From Mustelus asterias (lineage: Eukaryota): a DNA stretch of 50,197 nt. The DNA lies in assembly GCF_964213995.1 (NCBI RefSeq), contig NC_135831.1:3348001-3398197 (forward strand), written 5' to 3'. The position numbers and the translations under genes are program-made. Below are positions 23,129 through 35,900 of this stretch, one piece after another. Each line of letters opens with the position of its first letter. The stretch's first letter is position 1. The notes below the pieces were generated by a model. The model did no database searches and was not told where the DNA came from. It saw only the letters and a program-made list of their open reading frames with translations.

Positions 23129-25876
23129 AAAGATATTGACAAACTGGAAAGAGTGCAGAGAAGATTTACCAGAATGTTGCCAGGACTGGCGGGCCTGGGT
23201 TTTAGGGAGCGGTTGGCCAAACTAGGACTTTATTCCTTGGGACATAGGAGAATGAGTGACGTATCTGAGGCGTTTAAAACCACGAGGGGCAGAGATAGGA
23301 AGAACGCACAAAGTCTTTATCCCAGGATAGAGGGAATTGAAAACCGGAGGGCAGAGGTTAAAGGTGAGAGGGGAAAGGGACCTGAGGGGCACCTTCTTGA
23401 CGCAGAGGGTGGTGCCTGTATGGAGTGCCAACGAAAGTGGTCGAGGCAGGTATAATAGCGACATTTAGAAAGCATTTGGATAAGTACAGGGATGGGAAAG
23501 AATTAGAGGGATATGGGCCAAACGCGGGCAATTGGGACTAGCTCGGAGAGCAGCATGGATCGGTTGGGCCGAAGGGCCTGTCCCCATGCTGTGGTGCTCC
23601 ATGACCCTATGACCTGTCCTGGGAGAGGTTACTTGACATTCCTTTGTTGACCAATTAAGGATGGTTGTTTAGGCCGGTGTTGGGCATCCCCTGAGCCTTT
23701 GTCACCATACACGGTGAGGCTACGTACCTTACATGCCGCCCTGGTATAACCGTTTGGGAGTGGCTGACGAGTAACTCCACTGGCTACAATCGAACATTGC
23801 CATCAGTTTCCGGTGGTGTCATTGGCTGGAGTCCAGAGAACTTTCTGGAAGGATGTGCGAAGCTTAAGATAAAAGAAACGTTTTGAGTCTTTGTCCTCGC
23901 CAGAAGTGTGAGAATGGCATTGGCAACGTGTGCCCCGAAGATAGCTTCAGAGAAGGACCGAGAGGAAGATTCGTACTGGGAAGCGGACCTGGCCAGTTCA
24001 CCCATGTGGGTAGTATTTGCATTCACTCAAAAACTTAAAGATAAAGAGTTCAAATTGGAACTAAAATTAAACTAGAGTTTGGCCACTTTGCACGTTTTAT
24101 TATTGTATTGGGATAGAGTGAAAAGTATTGTTTCTTGCGCGCTATACAGACAAAGCATACCGTTCATAGAGTACATAGGGGAGAAGGATTTGATTTATTA
24201 TTGTCACATGTATTGGGATAGAGTGAAAAGTATTGTTTCTTGCGCGCTGTACAGACAAAGCATACCGTTCATAGAGTACATAGGGGAGAAGGATTTGATT
24301 TATTATTGTCACATGTATTGGGATAGAGTGAAAAGTATTGTTTCTTGCGCGCTATACAGACAAAGCATACCGTTCATAGAGTACATAGGGGAGAAGGATT
24401 TGATTTATTATTGTCACATGTATTGGGATAGAGTGAAAAGTATTGTTTCTTGCGCGCTGTACAGACAAAGCATACCGTTCATAGAGTACATAGGGGAGAA
24501 GGATTTGATTTATTATTGTCACATGTATTGGGATACAGTGAAAAGTATTGTTTCTTGCGCGCTATACAGACAAAGAATACCGTTCATAGAGTACACAGGG
24601 GAGAAGGATTTGATTTATTATTGTCACATGTACTGGGATACAGTGAAAAGTATTGTTTCTTGCGCGCTGTACAGACAAAGCATACCATTCATAGAGTACA
24701 CAGGGGAGAAGGATTTGATTTGATTTATTATTGTCACATGTACTGGGATACAGTGAAAAGTATTGTTTCTTGCGCGCTGTGTGGACAAAGCATACCGTTC
24801 ATAGAGAAGGAAAGGCGAGAGTGCAGAATGTAGTGTTACAGTCATAGCTAGGGTGTAGAGAAAGATCAACTTAATGCGAGGTAGGTCCATTCAAAAGTCT
24901 GACAGCAGCAGGGAAGAAGCTGTTCTTGAGACGGTTGGTACGTGACCTCAGACTTTTGTAGCTTTAAGATGCTGAGGGCTGTTGACAGGGTGGGATGTGG
25001 AGAGGATCTTTCTTCTTGTGGGAGAAACTGGAACTAGGGGGCCAGTGTTTAAAAATAAGGGGGACCCATTTGAGACGGAGATGGGGAGAAATGTTTACTC
25101 TTAGAGGGCGATGACTCTCTGGAACTCTCTTCCTCAAGAGAGGCTTAGTGGTATTATCGCTAGACTATTAACCCAGAAACTCAGCTAATGTTCTGGGGGA
25201 CCCGGGTTCGAATCCCGTCACGGCAGTTGGTGGAATTTGAATTTAATTTTTAAAAAGTCTGGAATTCAGAACCTACTGATGACCCATTGTCGGAAAAACC
25301 AATCCGGTTCCTTTAGGGAAGGAAATCTGCCGTCCTTACCCCTGTCTGGCCATCACGCAAACCAGCCTCCCATCCATTGACTATGTCTACACTTCCCCCT
25401 GCCTCGGGGAAAAGCAGGCAGCATAATCAAGGACCCCACGCGCCCCCGGACATTCTCTCTTTTCCACCTTCTTCCGTCAGGAAAAAGATACAAATGTCTG
25501 AGGTCACGCACCAACCGACTCAAGAACAGCTTCTTCCCTGCTGCCGTCAGACTTTTGAATGGACCTACCTCGCATTAAGTTGATCTTTCTCTACACCCTA
25601 GCTATGACTGTAACACTACATTCTGCACTCTCTCCTTTCCTTCTCTATGAACGGTACGCTCTGTCTGTATAGCGCGCAAGAAACAATACTTTTCACTGTA
25701 TCCCAATACATGTGACAATAATAAATCAAATTAAATGTGACTCCAGAGCCAAGGCAATGTGGTTGACTCTCAACTGCCCTCCAAGGGCAACTAGGGATGG
25801 GCAATAAATGCTGGGCCCAGCCAACGATGCCCATGCCCCGCTAATGAATATGAAAATAAGCTGTGAATGTTTTTAA

Positions 25877-28805
25877 ACACAGTAAGAAGTTTAACAACAC
25901 CAGGTTAAAGTCCAACAGGTTTATTTGGTAGCAAAAGCCACACAAGCTTTTGGAGCTCCAAGCCCCTTCTTCAGGTGAGTGGGAATTCTGTTCACAAACA
26001 GAGCATATAAAGACACAAACTCAATTTACATGAATAATGGTTGGAATGCGAATACTTACAACTAATCAAGTCTTTAAGAAACAAAACAATGTGAGTGGAG
26101 AGAGCATCAAGACAGGCTAAAAAGATGTGTATTGTCTCCAGACAAGACAGCCAGTGAAACTCTGTGGGGGTTACAAATAGTGTGACATGAACCCAATATC
26201 CCGGTTGAGGCCGTCCTCGTGTGTGCGGAACTTGGCTATCAGTTTCTGCTCAGCGACTTTGCGCTGTCGTGTGTCGCGAAGGCCGCCTTGGAGAACGCTT
26301 ACCCGAAGATCAGAGGCCGAATGCCCGTGACCGCTGAAGTGCTCCCCAACAGGAAGAGAACACTCCTGCCTGGTGATTGTCGAGCGGTGTTCATTCATCC
26401 GTTGTCGCAGCGTCTGCATAGTTTCCCCAATGTACCATGCCTCGGGACATCCTTTCCTGCAGCGTATCAGGTAGACAACGTTGGCCGAGTTGCAAGAGTA
26501 TGTACCGTGTACCTGGTGGATGGTGTTCTCACGTGAGATGATGGCATCTGTGTCGATGATCCGGCACGTCTTGCAGAGATTGCTGTGGCAGGGTTGTGTG
26601 GTGTCATGGTCACTGTTCTCCTGAAGGCTGGGTAGTTTGCTGCGGACAATGGTCTGTTTGAGGTTGTGCGGTTGTTTGAAGGCAAGAAGTGGGGGTGTGG
26701 GGATGGCCTTGGCGAGATGTTCGTCTTCATCAATGACATGTTGAAGGCTCCGGAGGAGATGCCGTAGCTTCTCCGCTCCGGGGAAGTACTGGACGACGAA
26801 GGGTACTCTGTCCACTGTGTCCCGTGTTTGTCTTCTGAGGAGGTCGGTGCGATTTTTCGCTGTGGCACGTTGGAACTGTTGATCAATGAGTCGAGCGCCA
26901 TATCCTGTTCTTATGAGGGCATCTTTCAGCGTCTGGAGGTGTCTGTTGCGATCCTCCTCATCCGAGCAGATCCTGTGTATTCGGAGGGCTTGTCCGTAGG
27001 GGATGGCTTCTTTAACGTGTTTAGGGTGGAAGCTGGAGAAGTGGAGCATCATGAGGTTATCCGTGGGCTTGCGGTACAGTGAGGTGCTGAGGTGACCGTC
27101 CTTAATGGAGATGCGTGTGTCCAAGAATGCAACCGATTCCGGAGAGTAGTCTATGGTGAGTCTGATGGTGGGATGGAACTTGTTGATGTCATCATAGAGT
27201 TGTTTCAGTGATTGTTCACCATGAGTCCAAAGGAAGAAAATGTCATCGATGTATCTAGTGTATAGCATCGGTTGAAGGTCCCGTGCGGTGAAGAAGTCTT
27301 GTTCGAACCTGTGCATGAAGATGTTGGCATATTGAGGTGCGAATTTGGTTCCCATGGCTGTTCCGTGTGTCTGGATGAAGAACTGGTTGTTGAAGGTGAA
27401 GATATTGTGGTCCAGGATGAAGCAGATGAGATGTAAAATTGCATCTGGAAACTGGCAGTTGTTGGCGCTGAGCACTGAGGCCGTTGCAGCAATGCCATCG
27501 TCATGGGGGATGCTGGTGTAGAGTGCCGATCTGTGTCTGTGTTCATGAATGTCCACAATGTATGTAGGAATGTAGGACACAATGTACTACATTGTGACGA
27601 GGAGCGCTCCTGGTTCAACTGCTCCATGTGTGCCGAGTTTCTGTAGGAAGTCCGTTGTGTCGCGACAAAAGCTGGGGGTTCTTTGTACAATGGGTTTCAG
27701 GATGCCCTCGACATAGCCGGAGAGGTTCTCGCACAGGGTCCCATTGCCCGATATGATGGGACGGCCGGGTGTGTTTGCCTTGTGTATCTTCGGGAGGCAG
27801 TAGAGATCTCCAACGCGGGGAGTACGTGGGATGAGAGCACGGAGGGTGCTCTGAAGGTCCGGATCAAAGGTCTTGATCAGAGTGTTGAGTTGACGGGTGT
27901 GTTCTTTGGTCGGATCTGCAGGTAACTGTCTGTAGTGTTCCTCGTTGTTGAGTTGTCAGTACACTTCTTTGCAGTAATCCGTTCTGTTCAGTATGACGAT
28001 GGCCCCTCCTTTGTCTGCTGGTTTGATGACAATGTTGCGGTTGGTCTTGAGAGCGTGGATGGCGTTACGTTGTGCTTGGGTGATGTTCGGGGCTGTCTTG
28101 TGAGTGCGGCTGATGAATTTGGTGTTGACGCACCTCCTGACGGCTTGGGCATACATGTCAAGTCGAGGGCAGCGGCCTTCCGGAGGAGTCCAATTCGACT
28201 CTTTCCTCTTCGGATGCACTGCGGATCTCTCTGTCGGCTGTTCCGGTTCATTGGCTGTCTCATTGTGTTCGCTGTTGGCCTCTTGGGGTTTGTGGAAGAA
28301 CTCCCGCAGCCTCATTCGCCTGATGAATTCCTCTGTGTCTGCTGCGAGACTGATGGGTCTATTTTGGTGGTGGGGCAAAAATTAAGCCCTCGGCTGAGAA
28401 CTTCGATTTCATCTGGTTGAAGTGTGTAGTCGGACAAGTTGACAATGGACTTCCCTGCAGTGGTACTGTTTCCTACTGTGGTACCGGGGAAGGCTTGGTT
28501 GATGCTGGTGGTGATGCCGAGTTTCTCAAGTTTCCTGTTCTTGGTGTGCATGTAGATGGCGTAGTTCCGTTGTCTCGTCTGCTTGGCAGAGTTTCACACC
28601 TGGTCTGCGTCCTGAGCGCAAGTTGAGACTATGGATTCGATCTTGGTTTCCAGGCTGCGGCGTTTGCTGTAGAGTTGGTGTATGAGGTGGTTGAGGAGTG
28701 TGAGAGAGGTGCGACGGCAAAGTCTCTCAGCGTAGTCTGTGTTATAGGTTGACCTGAGTGGGTTCGTGATCCGTAGTCCTTTCGGTATTTTGTCTGCTTT
28801 CTTGC
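25877..28805 (-). mobile_element. Penelope-like element (unit 2 copy; more diverged, with a 60-bp insertion)
   Basis: ORF 26171..27580 and 27956..28378; same stop and TSD. Confidence 0.92.
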
Positions 28806-29010
28806 AATGTTTTTAAGACAGGGCTAGATCGATTCTTGATTAACAAGGAGGGGTGAAAGGTTATCAGGAATAGCAGGGGTGGAGGCGATGCAGATTTAAG
28901 GCTCCAATCAGATCAGCCATGATCTTATTGACTGGCAGAACAGGCTTGAGGGGCCGAATGGCCTACTCCTGCTCCTATGTTTGATTTTCCAATACAAGCG
29001 CACAAAGGCG

Positions 29011-31217
29011 TCAGTAGGAGCCTTCGTCCGATGGTGGGGGGCTCCCCATCCCACTGATGCTGGGGGTTAAGTCATCATCCAGGAGCTGCCCACTGTCGTC
29101 CCTCTCCCTGCCCCCCGGCTCGCCGTCAGGGCTGGGGGCGGGGTAGATCTGCCGAGGGTCGGGCAGCAGCAGGCTGTACCGCACCAGCTTGATGCCAAAG
29201 GGCCTCCGGGCCAGCTCCCTCATGGGCACCAGGCACCTGCGGTGAAAGCGGGCAACAGACAACAGGAGGAGGCAGTTCGCTAACAGCACAAGGGCGAGGG
29301 CGAGGCAGTGGAGGAGGAAGAGCAGGTAGCAGCTCGAACCCCAGGGGCCCAGCGCCTCGAGGAGGCCAAACATCCGCCCCCAGCGGTTAACTGAATCCTC
29401 GGGGCTGGCGGAGGTCGGGTGGGATCGACTGGTGGCCTGAGGGCTGCTGCGAACCGTCAGGGCCCCGTATCCAGGCGTGCTGGATTTGCACAGTTCCAAT
29501 GGGGAAAGCTGAAAGAGGGGTCGCCCTTCCATGCTAATGGGGGTATTGCAAATAATGCCTTTGTCATCGAAGGTTCCATTGCCACAAGACATTGCTCTCT
29601 CCATCAACTCCATCCATTCCATCAAATACTCAATGTCACAATTACAATGCAATGGGTTCCCAGACAGAAGGAGACAAAATGCAGGATTTATCCCAAAAAT
29701 CTCCCGAGGAATTGTCCTGATCTGGTTGTTGGAGATGTCTAAGGTTGTCAGATTTCTCAGGCTGTGGAGTGAGTTATTGGGGAATCTCTCAATGCGGTTC
29801 CCAGGTAGGATTAAGTGTCTGAGATTCCCCAAGGAATCAAAGATGCCATCGGGAATGACCCGGATCGCGTTCCCCTTGACGCTGAGCTCCTCCAGGGACA
29901 CCAAGACGTCGAACGCTCTCTCGGGGAGATCGGGAATCTGATTGTGGTCGAGGACCAGCTTCCTGAGGTTCCGGAGGTTCCTGAAGTCAGGAATTCCGGT
30001 CAAGGAGTTGGACGAGAGATCCAATTTTTCCAAGGGGAGTGGAGAGTCCGGGTCAAAGTGTTGAATCTGGTTGTGGGAGAGATCGAGGTCTTTGAGGTGC
30101 GGGAGGCTTTGGAACGAGGTTAAGGGGACAGAGGAGAGGTTGTTGTAGTTCAGTAAGAGGATCTCTGTATCCGTTGGGAGAGGATGAGGGATGGACACAA
30201 GGGACCGGTGACTGCAGTTGGTTCCTCTCTTACCTTCCAGATCGGTGTATGAGGCACAAATCTCCGGGGGAGGAGATGTCTTGAACAAATTAACGGTGGA
30301 AATGGATATGTGGGATCTTTCTGTGCCTGTGGGCGTCTGAGGGGCCGTTCCAATGGTTGTCACACGTGACAGATTCGTTCGAGCGGGAATTTGACAATCG
30401 GGATCCCATTCCATCCCGGCGGACTAGAACAAACAACACTCTTGGAATCGGACTGTCCTATACTATCGTAAATACATCCTTCAACATTCCTAATCCATTC
30501 TGTAAAGTTCTCCACAGTGTCGCAATCACAATGCCACGGATTGTTGTAAAGATAGATGTAAGGGGCAAAGATGTTCTCAAAGCCTCGAGGAAATGAACTT
30601 AGATTGTTGTTTGAGATGTCAAAGGTGTCCAGGTTTTGGGCGCCTTGCAGAGAGTTCCCAGGGAATCTCTCGATTCGGTTCCCAGACAGGATTAAGCGTG
30701 AGAGTTCTTCCAACTGGTCAAAGATGCCATCGGGAATGACGCGGATCGCGTTCCCCTTGACGCTGAGCTCCTCCAGGGACACCAAGACGTCGAACGCTCT
30801 CTCGGGGAGATCGGGAATCTGATTGTGGTCGAGGACCAGCTTCCTGAGGTTCCGGAGGTTCTTGAAGTCAGGAATTCCGGTCAAGGAGTTGGACGAGAGA
30901 TCCAACTTTTCCAATGGGAGAAGAGAGACCAGGTCAAAGTGTTGAATCTGGTTGTGGGAGAGATCGAGGTCTTTGAGGTACGGGAGGCTTTGGAACGAGG
31001 TTAAGGGGACAGAGGAGAGCTTGTTGTAGTTCAGTAAGAGGATCTCTGTATCCGTTGGGAGAGGATGAGGGACGGACACAAGGGACCGGTGACTGCAGTT
31101 GGTTCCTCTCTTACCTTCCAAATCGGTGTATGAGGCACAAATCTCCGGGGGAGGAGATGTCTTGAACAAATTAACGGTGGAAGTGGATATGTGGGATCTT
31201 TCTGTGCCTGTGGGCAT
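29011..31217 (-). pseudogene. Post-stop part of copy 3: an extra (third) 882-bp LRR module, the shared 1-bp deletion at ~30362, then terminal LRR domain, TM and tail
   Basis: ORF track 30360..31217 (285 aa) and 29011..30414. The 882-bp spacing 30571/31453/32335 shows four modules in this copy. Confidence 0.75.
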
Positions 31218-32981
31218 CTAAGGGGCCGTTCTGATGGTTGTCACAATGTGACAGATTTGTTCGAGCGGGAATTTGACAATCGGGATCCCTTTCCATCCCG
31301 GCGGACTAGAGCAAACAACACTCTTGGAATCGGACTGTCCTATACTATCGTAAATACTTCCATCATTGAACTGAATCCATTCTATTAAATTGGGCACAGT
31401 GTCGCAATCACAATGCCACGGATTGTTGTAAAGATAGATGTAAGGGGCAAAGATGTTCTCAAAGCCTCGAGGAACTGAACTTAGATTGTTGTTTGAGATG
31501 TCAAAGGTGTCCAGGTTTTGGGCGCCTTGCAGTGAGTTTCCAGGGAATCTCTCGATTCGGTTCCCAGACAGGATTAAGTGTCTGAGATTCCCCAAGGAGT
31601 CAAAGATGCCATCGGGGATGACGCGGATCGCATTCCCCTTGATGCTGAGCGCCTCCAGGGACACCAAGACGTCGAACGCTCTCTCGGGGAGATCGGGAAT
31701 CTGATTGTGGTCGAGGACCAGCTTCTTGAGGTTCCGGAGGTTCTTGAAGTCAGGAATTCTGGTCAAGGAGTTCGACGAGAGATCCAACTTTTCCAATGGG
31801 AGAAGAGAGACCAGGTCAAAGTGTTGAATCTGGTTGTGGGAGAGATCGAGGTCTTTGAGGTACGGGAGGCTTTGGAACGAGGTTAAGGGGACAGAGGAGA
31901 GGTTGTTGTAGTTCAGTAAGAGGATCTCTGTATCCGGTGGGAGAGGATGAGGGATGGACACAAGGGACCGGTGACTACAGTTGGTTCCTCTCTTCCCTTC
32001 CAAATCGGTGTATGAGGCACAAATCTCCGGAAGAGGAGATGTCTTGAACAAATTAAGGGTGGAAATGGATATGTGGGATCTTTCTGTGCCGGTGGGCATT
32101 TGAGGGGTCGTTCTGATGGTTGTCACAACGTGACAGATTTGTTCGAGCGGGAATTTGACAATCGGGATCCCTTTCCATGCCGCCGGACTAGAACAAACAA
32201 CGCTTTTGGAGTCGGACTGTCCTATACTATCGTAAATACTTCCATCAACATTCCTCATCCATTCTGTAAAGTTCTCCACAGTGTCGCAATCACAATGCCA
32301 CGGATTGTTGTAAAGATAGATGTAAGGGGCAAAGATGTTCTCAAAGCCTCGAGGAAATGAACTTAGATTGTTGTTTGAGATGTCAAAGGTGTCCAGGTTT
32401 TGGGCGCCTTGCAGAGAGTTCCCAGGGAATCTCTCGATTCGGTTCCCAGACAGGATTAAGCGTGAGAGTTCTTCCAACTGGTCAAAGATGCCATCGGGAA
32501 TGATGCGGATCGCGTTCCCCTTGACGCTGAGCTCCTCCAGGGACACCAAGACGTCGAACGCTCTCTCGGGGAGATCGGGAATCTGATTGTGGTCGAGGAC
32601 CAGCTTCCTGAGGTTCCGGAGGTTCTTGAAGTCAGGAATTCCGGTCAAGGAGTTGGACGAGAGATCCAACTTTTCCAATGGGAGAAGAGAGACCAGGTCA
32701 AAGTGTTGAATCTGGTTGTGGGAGAGATCGAGGTCTTTGAGGTACGGGAGGCTTTGGAACGAGGTTAAGGGGACAGAGGAGAGCTTGTTGTAGTTCAGTA
32801 AGAGGATCTCTGTATCCGGTGGGAGAGGATGAGGGATGGACACAAGGGACCGGTGACTGCAGTTGGTTCCTCTTTTACCTTCCAGATCGATATATGAGGT
32901 GCACGGGGGCGCAGATAAGGAATCCTTGAAGAGGTATTGGAGACAGAGGATTTGCAGATACAACATCCTCAATAGCCACAT
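31218..32981 (-). CDS. Copy 3 of GPIb-alpha-like LRR gene: signal peptide + 2 LRR domains ending at an in-frame TAG in the linker (587 aa)
   Basis: CAG>TAG at 31218-31220 (compare intact ..GCC CCT CAG ATG.. at ~46482). Confidence 0.7.
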   Translation of the reverse strand: MWLLRMLYLQILCLQYLFKDSLSAPPCTSYIDLEGKRGTNCSHRSLVSIPHPLPPDTEILLLNYNKLSSVPLTSFQSLPYLKDLDLSHNQIQHFDLVSLLPLEKLDLSSNSLTGIPDFKNLRNLRKLVLDHNQIPDLPERAFDVLVSLEELSVKGNAIRIIPDGIFDQLEELSRLILSGNRIERFPGNSLQGAQNLDTFDISNNNLSSFPRGFENIFAPYIYLYNNPWHCDCDTVENFTEWMRNVDGSIYDSIGQSDSKSVVCSSPAAWKGIPIVKFPLEQICHVVTTIRTTPQMPTGTERSHISISTLNLFKTSPLPEICASYTDLEGKRGTNCSHRSLVSIPHPLPPDTEILLLNYNNLSSVPLTSFQSLPYLKDLDLSHNQIQHFDLVSLLPLEKLDLSSNSLTRIPDFKNLRNLKKLVLDHNQIPDLPERAFDVLVSLEALSIKGNAIRVIPDGIFDSLGNLRHLILSGNRIERFPGNSLQGAQNLDTFDISNNNLSSVPRGFENIFAPYIYLYNNPWHCDCDTVPNLIEWIQFNDGSIYDSIGQSDSKSVVCSSPPGWKGIPIVKFPLEQICHIVTTIRTAP

Positions 32982-35900
32982 TCCTAAGAGTGAAAACCAG
33001 AAGCACAACAATTGTAAGTCTCGACCATCACTTCCATACTCCTGACCCATCTCCACTGAGTGATCAACCCCTGGTCATTGACATCCCAATGGAAACATAG
33101 AAACTAGAAACAAGAGTAGGCCATTACGGTCCTTCGAGCCTGCTCCACCATTCATTATTATCATGGCTGATCATCAAATTCAATATCCTGATTCCACCCC
33201 CCCCCCCGGCCTTCCCCCTCATATCCCTTGATCCCTTTAACCCCAAGAGCTAGGATTCCGGTCTCCGAAGGTGTACACATTAGGTGAATTGGCCATGGTA
33301 AATTGTCCCTTAGTGTCCAAAGGTTTGCAGGTTAGGTGGATTGGCCGTGCTAAATTGCCCCTTAGTGTCCAAAGATGTGAAGTTTAGGTGGATTTGCCAT
33401 GCTAAATTATCGCTTAGTGTCCAAAGATGTGCAGGTTAGGTGGATTGGCCATGCTAAATTACCCCTTAGTGTCAAAAGATGTGCAGGTTAGGTGGATTGG
33501 CCATGCTAAATTGTCCCTTAGTGTCCAAAGATGTGCGGGTTAGGTGGATTGGCCATGTTAAATTGTCCCTTAGTGTCCAAAGATGTGCGGGTTAGGTGGA
33601 TTGGCCATGTTAAACTGCCCCTGAGTGTCAAAAGATGTGCATGTTAGGTGGATCGGCTATGCAAAATTGCCCCTTAGTGTCCAAAGTTGGGTAGGTTAGG
33701 TGGATTTGCCATGCTAAATTGCCCCTCAGTGTCCAAAGATGTGAAGTTTAGGTGGATTGGCCATGCTAATTTGCCCCTTGTTGTCAGGGGGATTAGCAGG
33801 GTAAATACGTGGGGCTACGGGAAATGGCCTGGGTGGGATTGTTGTGGATGCAGGCTCAATGGACCTTCTGTAGGGTAGGAATTCTCCGATTCTGTCTCAA
33901 AGAGCTTCACACGGATGTTGGACGCAAATCGACAAGCGAGAAAGGGGAAAGAACTGATAGGAGGAATCAGTAAAAGCAGGGTGTAGGATGTAGGATTTAA
34001 GGAGTGTCTCAAAGAGAGAGATCGTGGGACAGACAGGTTTTGTGAAGAAATCTCAGAGCTTAAGACACTGCGGCAAATGCAAGCCTGCCTTTGTTATAAC
34101 ACCTAACCTGCACATCTTTGGACACTGAGGGACAACTTAGCACGGCCAATCCACCTAACCTGCACATCTTTGGACACTAAGGGGCAATTTAGCACGGCCA
34201 ATCCACCTAACCTGCACATCTTTGGACACTAAGGGGCAATTTAGCATGGCCAATCCACCTAACCTGCACATCTTTGGACACTAAGGGGCAATTTAGCATG
34301 GCCAATCCACCTAACCTGCACATCTTTGGACACTAAGGGGCAATTTAGCACGGAACATCCACCTAACCTGCACATCTTTGGACACTGAGGGGCAACTTAG
34401 CATGGCCAATCCACCTAACCTGCACATCTTTGGACACTAAGGGGCAATTTAGCATGGCCAATCCACCTGACCTGCACATCTTTGGACACTAAGGATCTAT
34501 GCCTCTCATAATTTTCATAGAATCATAAAATTCCTACGGTACAGAAGGAGGCCATTTGGCCCATCGAGTCTGCACTGACTACAATCCCACCCAGGCCCTA
34601 TCCCCTTAACTCCATGCATTTACCCTGCTAGTCCTCCTGACACGAAGGGGCAATTGAACATGGCCAATCCACCCAACCCGCACATCTTTCAGACTGTGGG
34701 AGGAAACCGGAGCACCCGGAGGAAACCCACGCCAACATGGGGAGAACGTGCCGACTCCACATGGACAGTGACCCCTTCCCTGACAGCACTCAGGGTGCAC
34801 CTACACCTACATCTGCAGGCGGGTTCAAGATGGCGGCTCACCCACCACCTTCTCAAGGGGGGGTCAATTCGGGATGAGTAATAAATACCAACAGTGCCCA
34901 CTCGAGGGAGTGGCAGTGGGAGTGTGCACGGCCAAAGACTTAGTTGGAGACAAAACTGGGACTGGTCTGTGATGCTTCTCGCAGTGGAATAGCCCCATGT
35001 CTTTGCTGAAAGGCCCCAACAGGGGAACGGGATTATACAATTCCACCTTGGGGGGGGTGGGGTTGGGGGGGGGCAAAGTAGGGGGTTGGAGGAGGGGGTG
35101 CGGTGGTTAAGCGTCACGCCTTTGGAAAGCAGATCTTAGGACTCACCGTCCACTGCCAATACCGTGGGGACAAGGCACAGCAAGATCCCAAAATCTATGG
35201 CCAGCGGATTCTGTGCGGAAGATCTCGCGGGGATATTAGATTTTTCTGCTGGTTCAGTTGGACATGCCTGCTCTCTCCACCGACCCGTGTCGCTGTGTTA
35301 GTCAGAGAGACCTTTGCCCCAATGACCACTGGTTCCAATTTGAGGCCCTGCCCACTGGACCCTGCCCCTTCCCAGCATTCAGTGCACAGCCCTCCCTCCC
35401 CCACACCACCCAAGGGCCCTGGGCCAAACTCTGTTTTTTTAAAAAAAGTTTACTTATTCGTCACAAATATGTCTTACATTAACGCTGCAATGAAGTTACT
35501 GTGAGAATCCCCCAGTCGCCCCACACTCCAGCGCCTGTTGGGGTAACACTGAACGAGAATTTAGCATGGCCAATTCACCCGAACCAGCACGTCTTTCGGA
35601 CTGTGGGAGGAAACCGGAGCACCCGGAGGAAACCCACGCAGACACGGGGAGAACGTGCAGACTCCACACAGACAGCGACCCCAAGCCGGGAATCGAACCC
35701 GGGTCCCTGGGGCTGTGAGGCAGCAGTGCTAACCACGGCGCCACCATGCCCTGGAATGATGGGCTCAAAGGTGAGGGAGTTTAAAACTAGAGGGCATAGG
35801 TTTAAGGTGAGAGGGGGAGAGATACAAAAGTGTCCAGAGAGGTAATGTTTTCACACAGAGGGTAAGATGGGTACAGAGGGATCTGGGGCAAACGTGGGCA

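Larger units (their letters stand above)
14282..28942. repeat. Tandem segmental duplication unit 2 (14,661 bp)
   Basis: Collinear near-identical copy. It is longer through 3 extra 105-bp units and small insertions. Confidence 0.95.

Noticed and set aside
24079-24723. 214-aa repetitive ORF (YWDRVKSIVSC..)n
   Set aside because: It is the antisense translation of the 105-bp VNTR from a LINE 3'UTR and is open only because the period is a multiple of 3.
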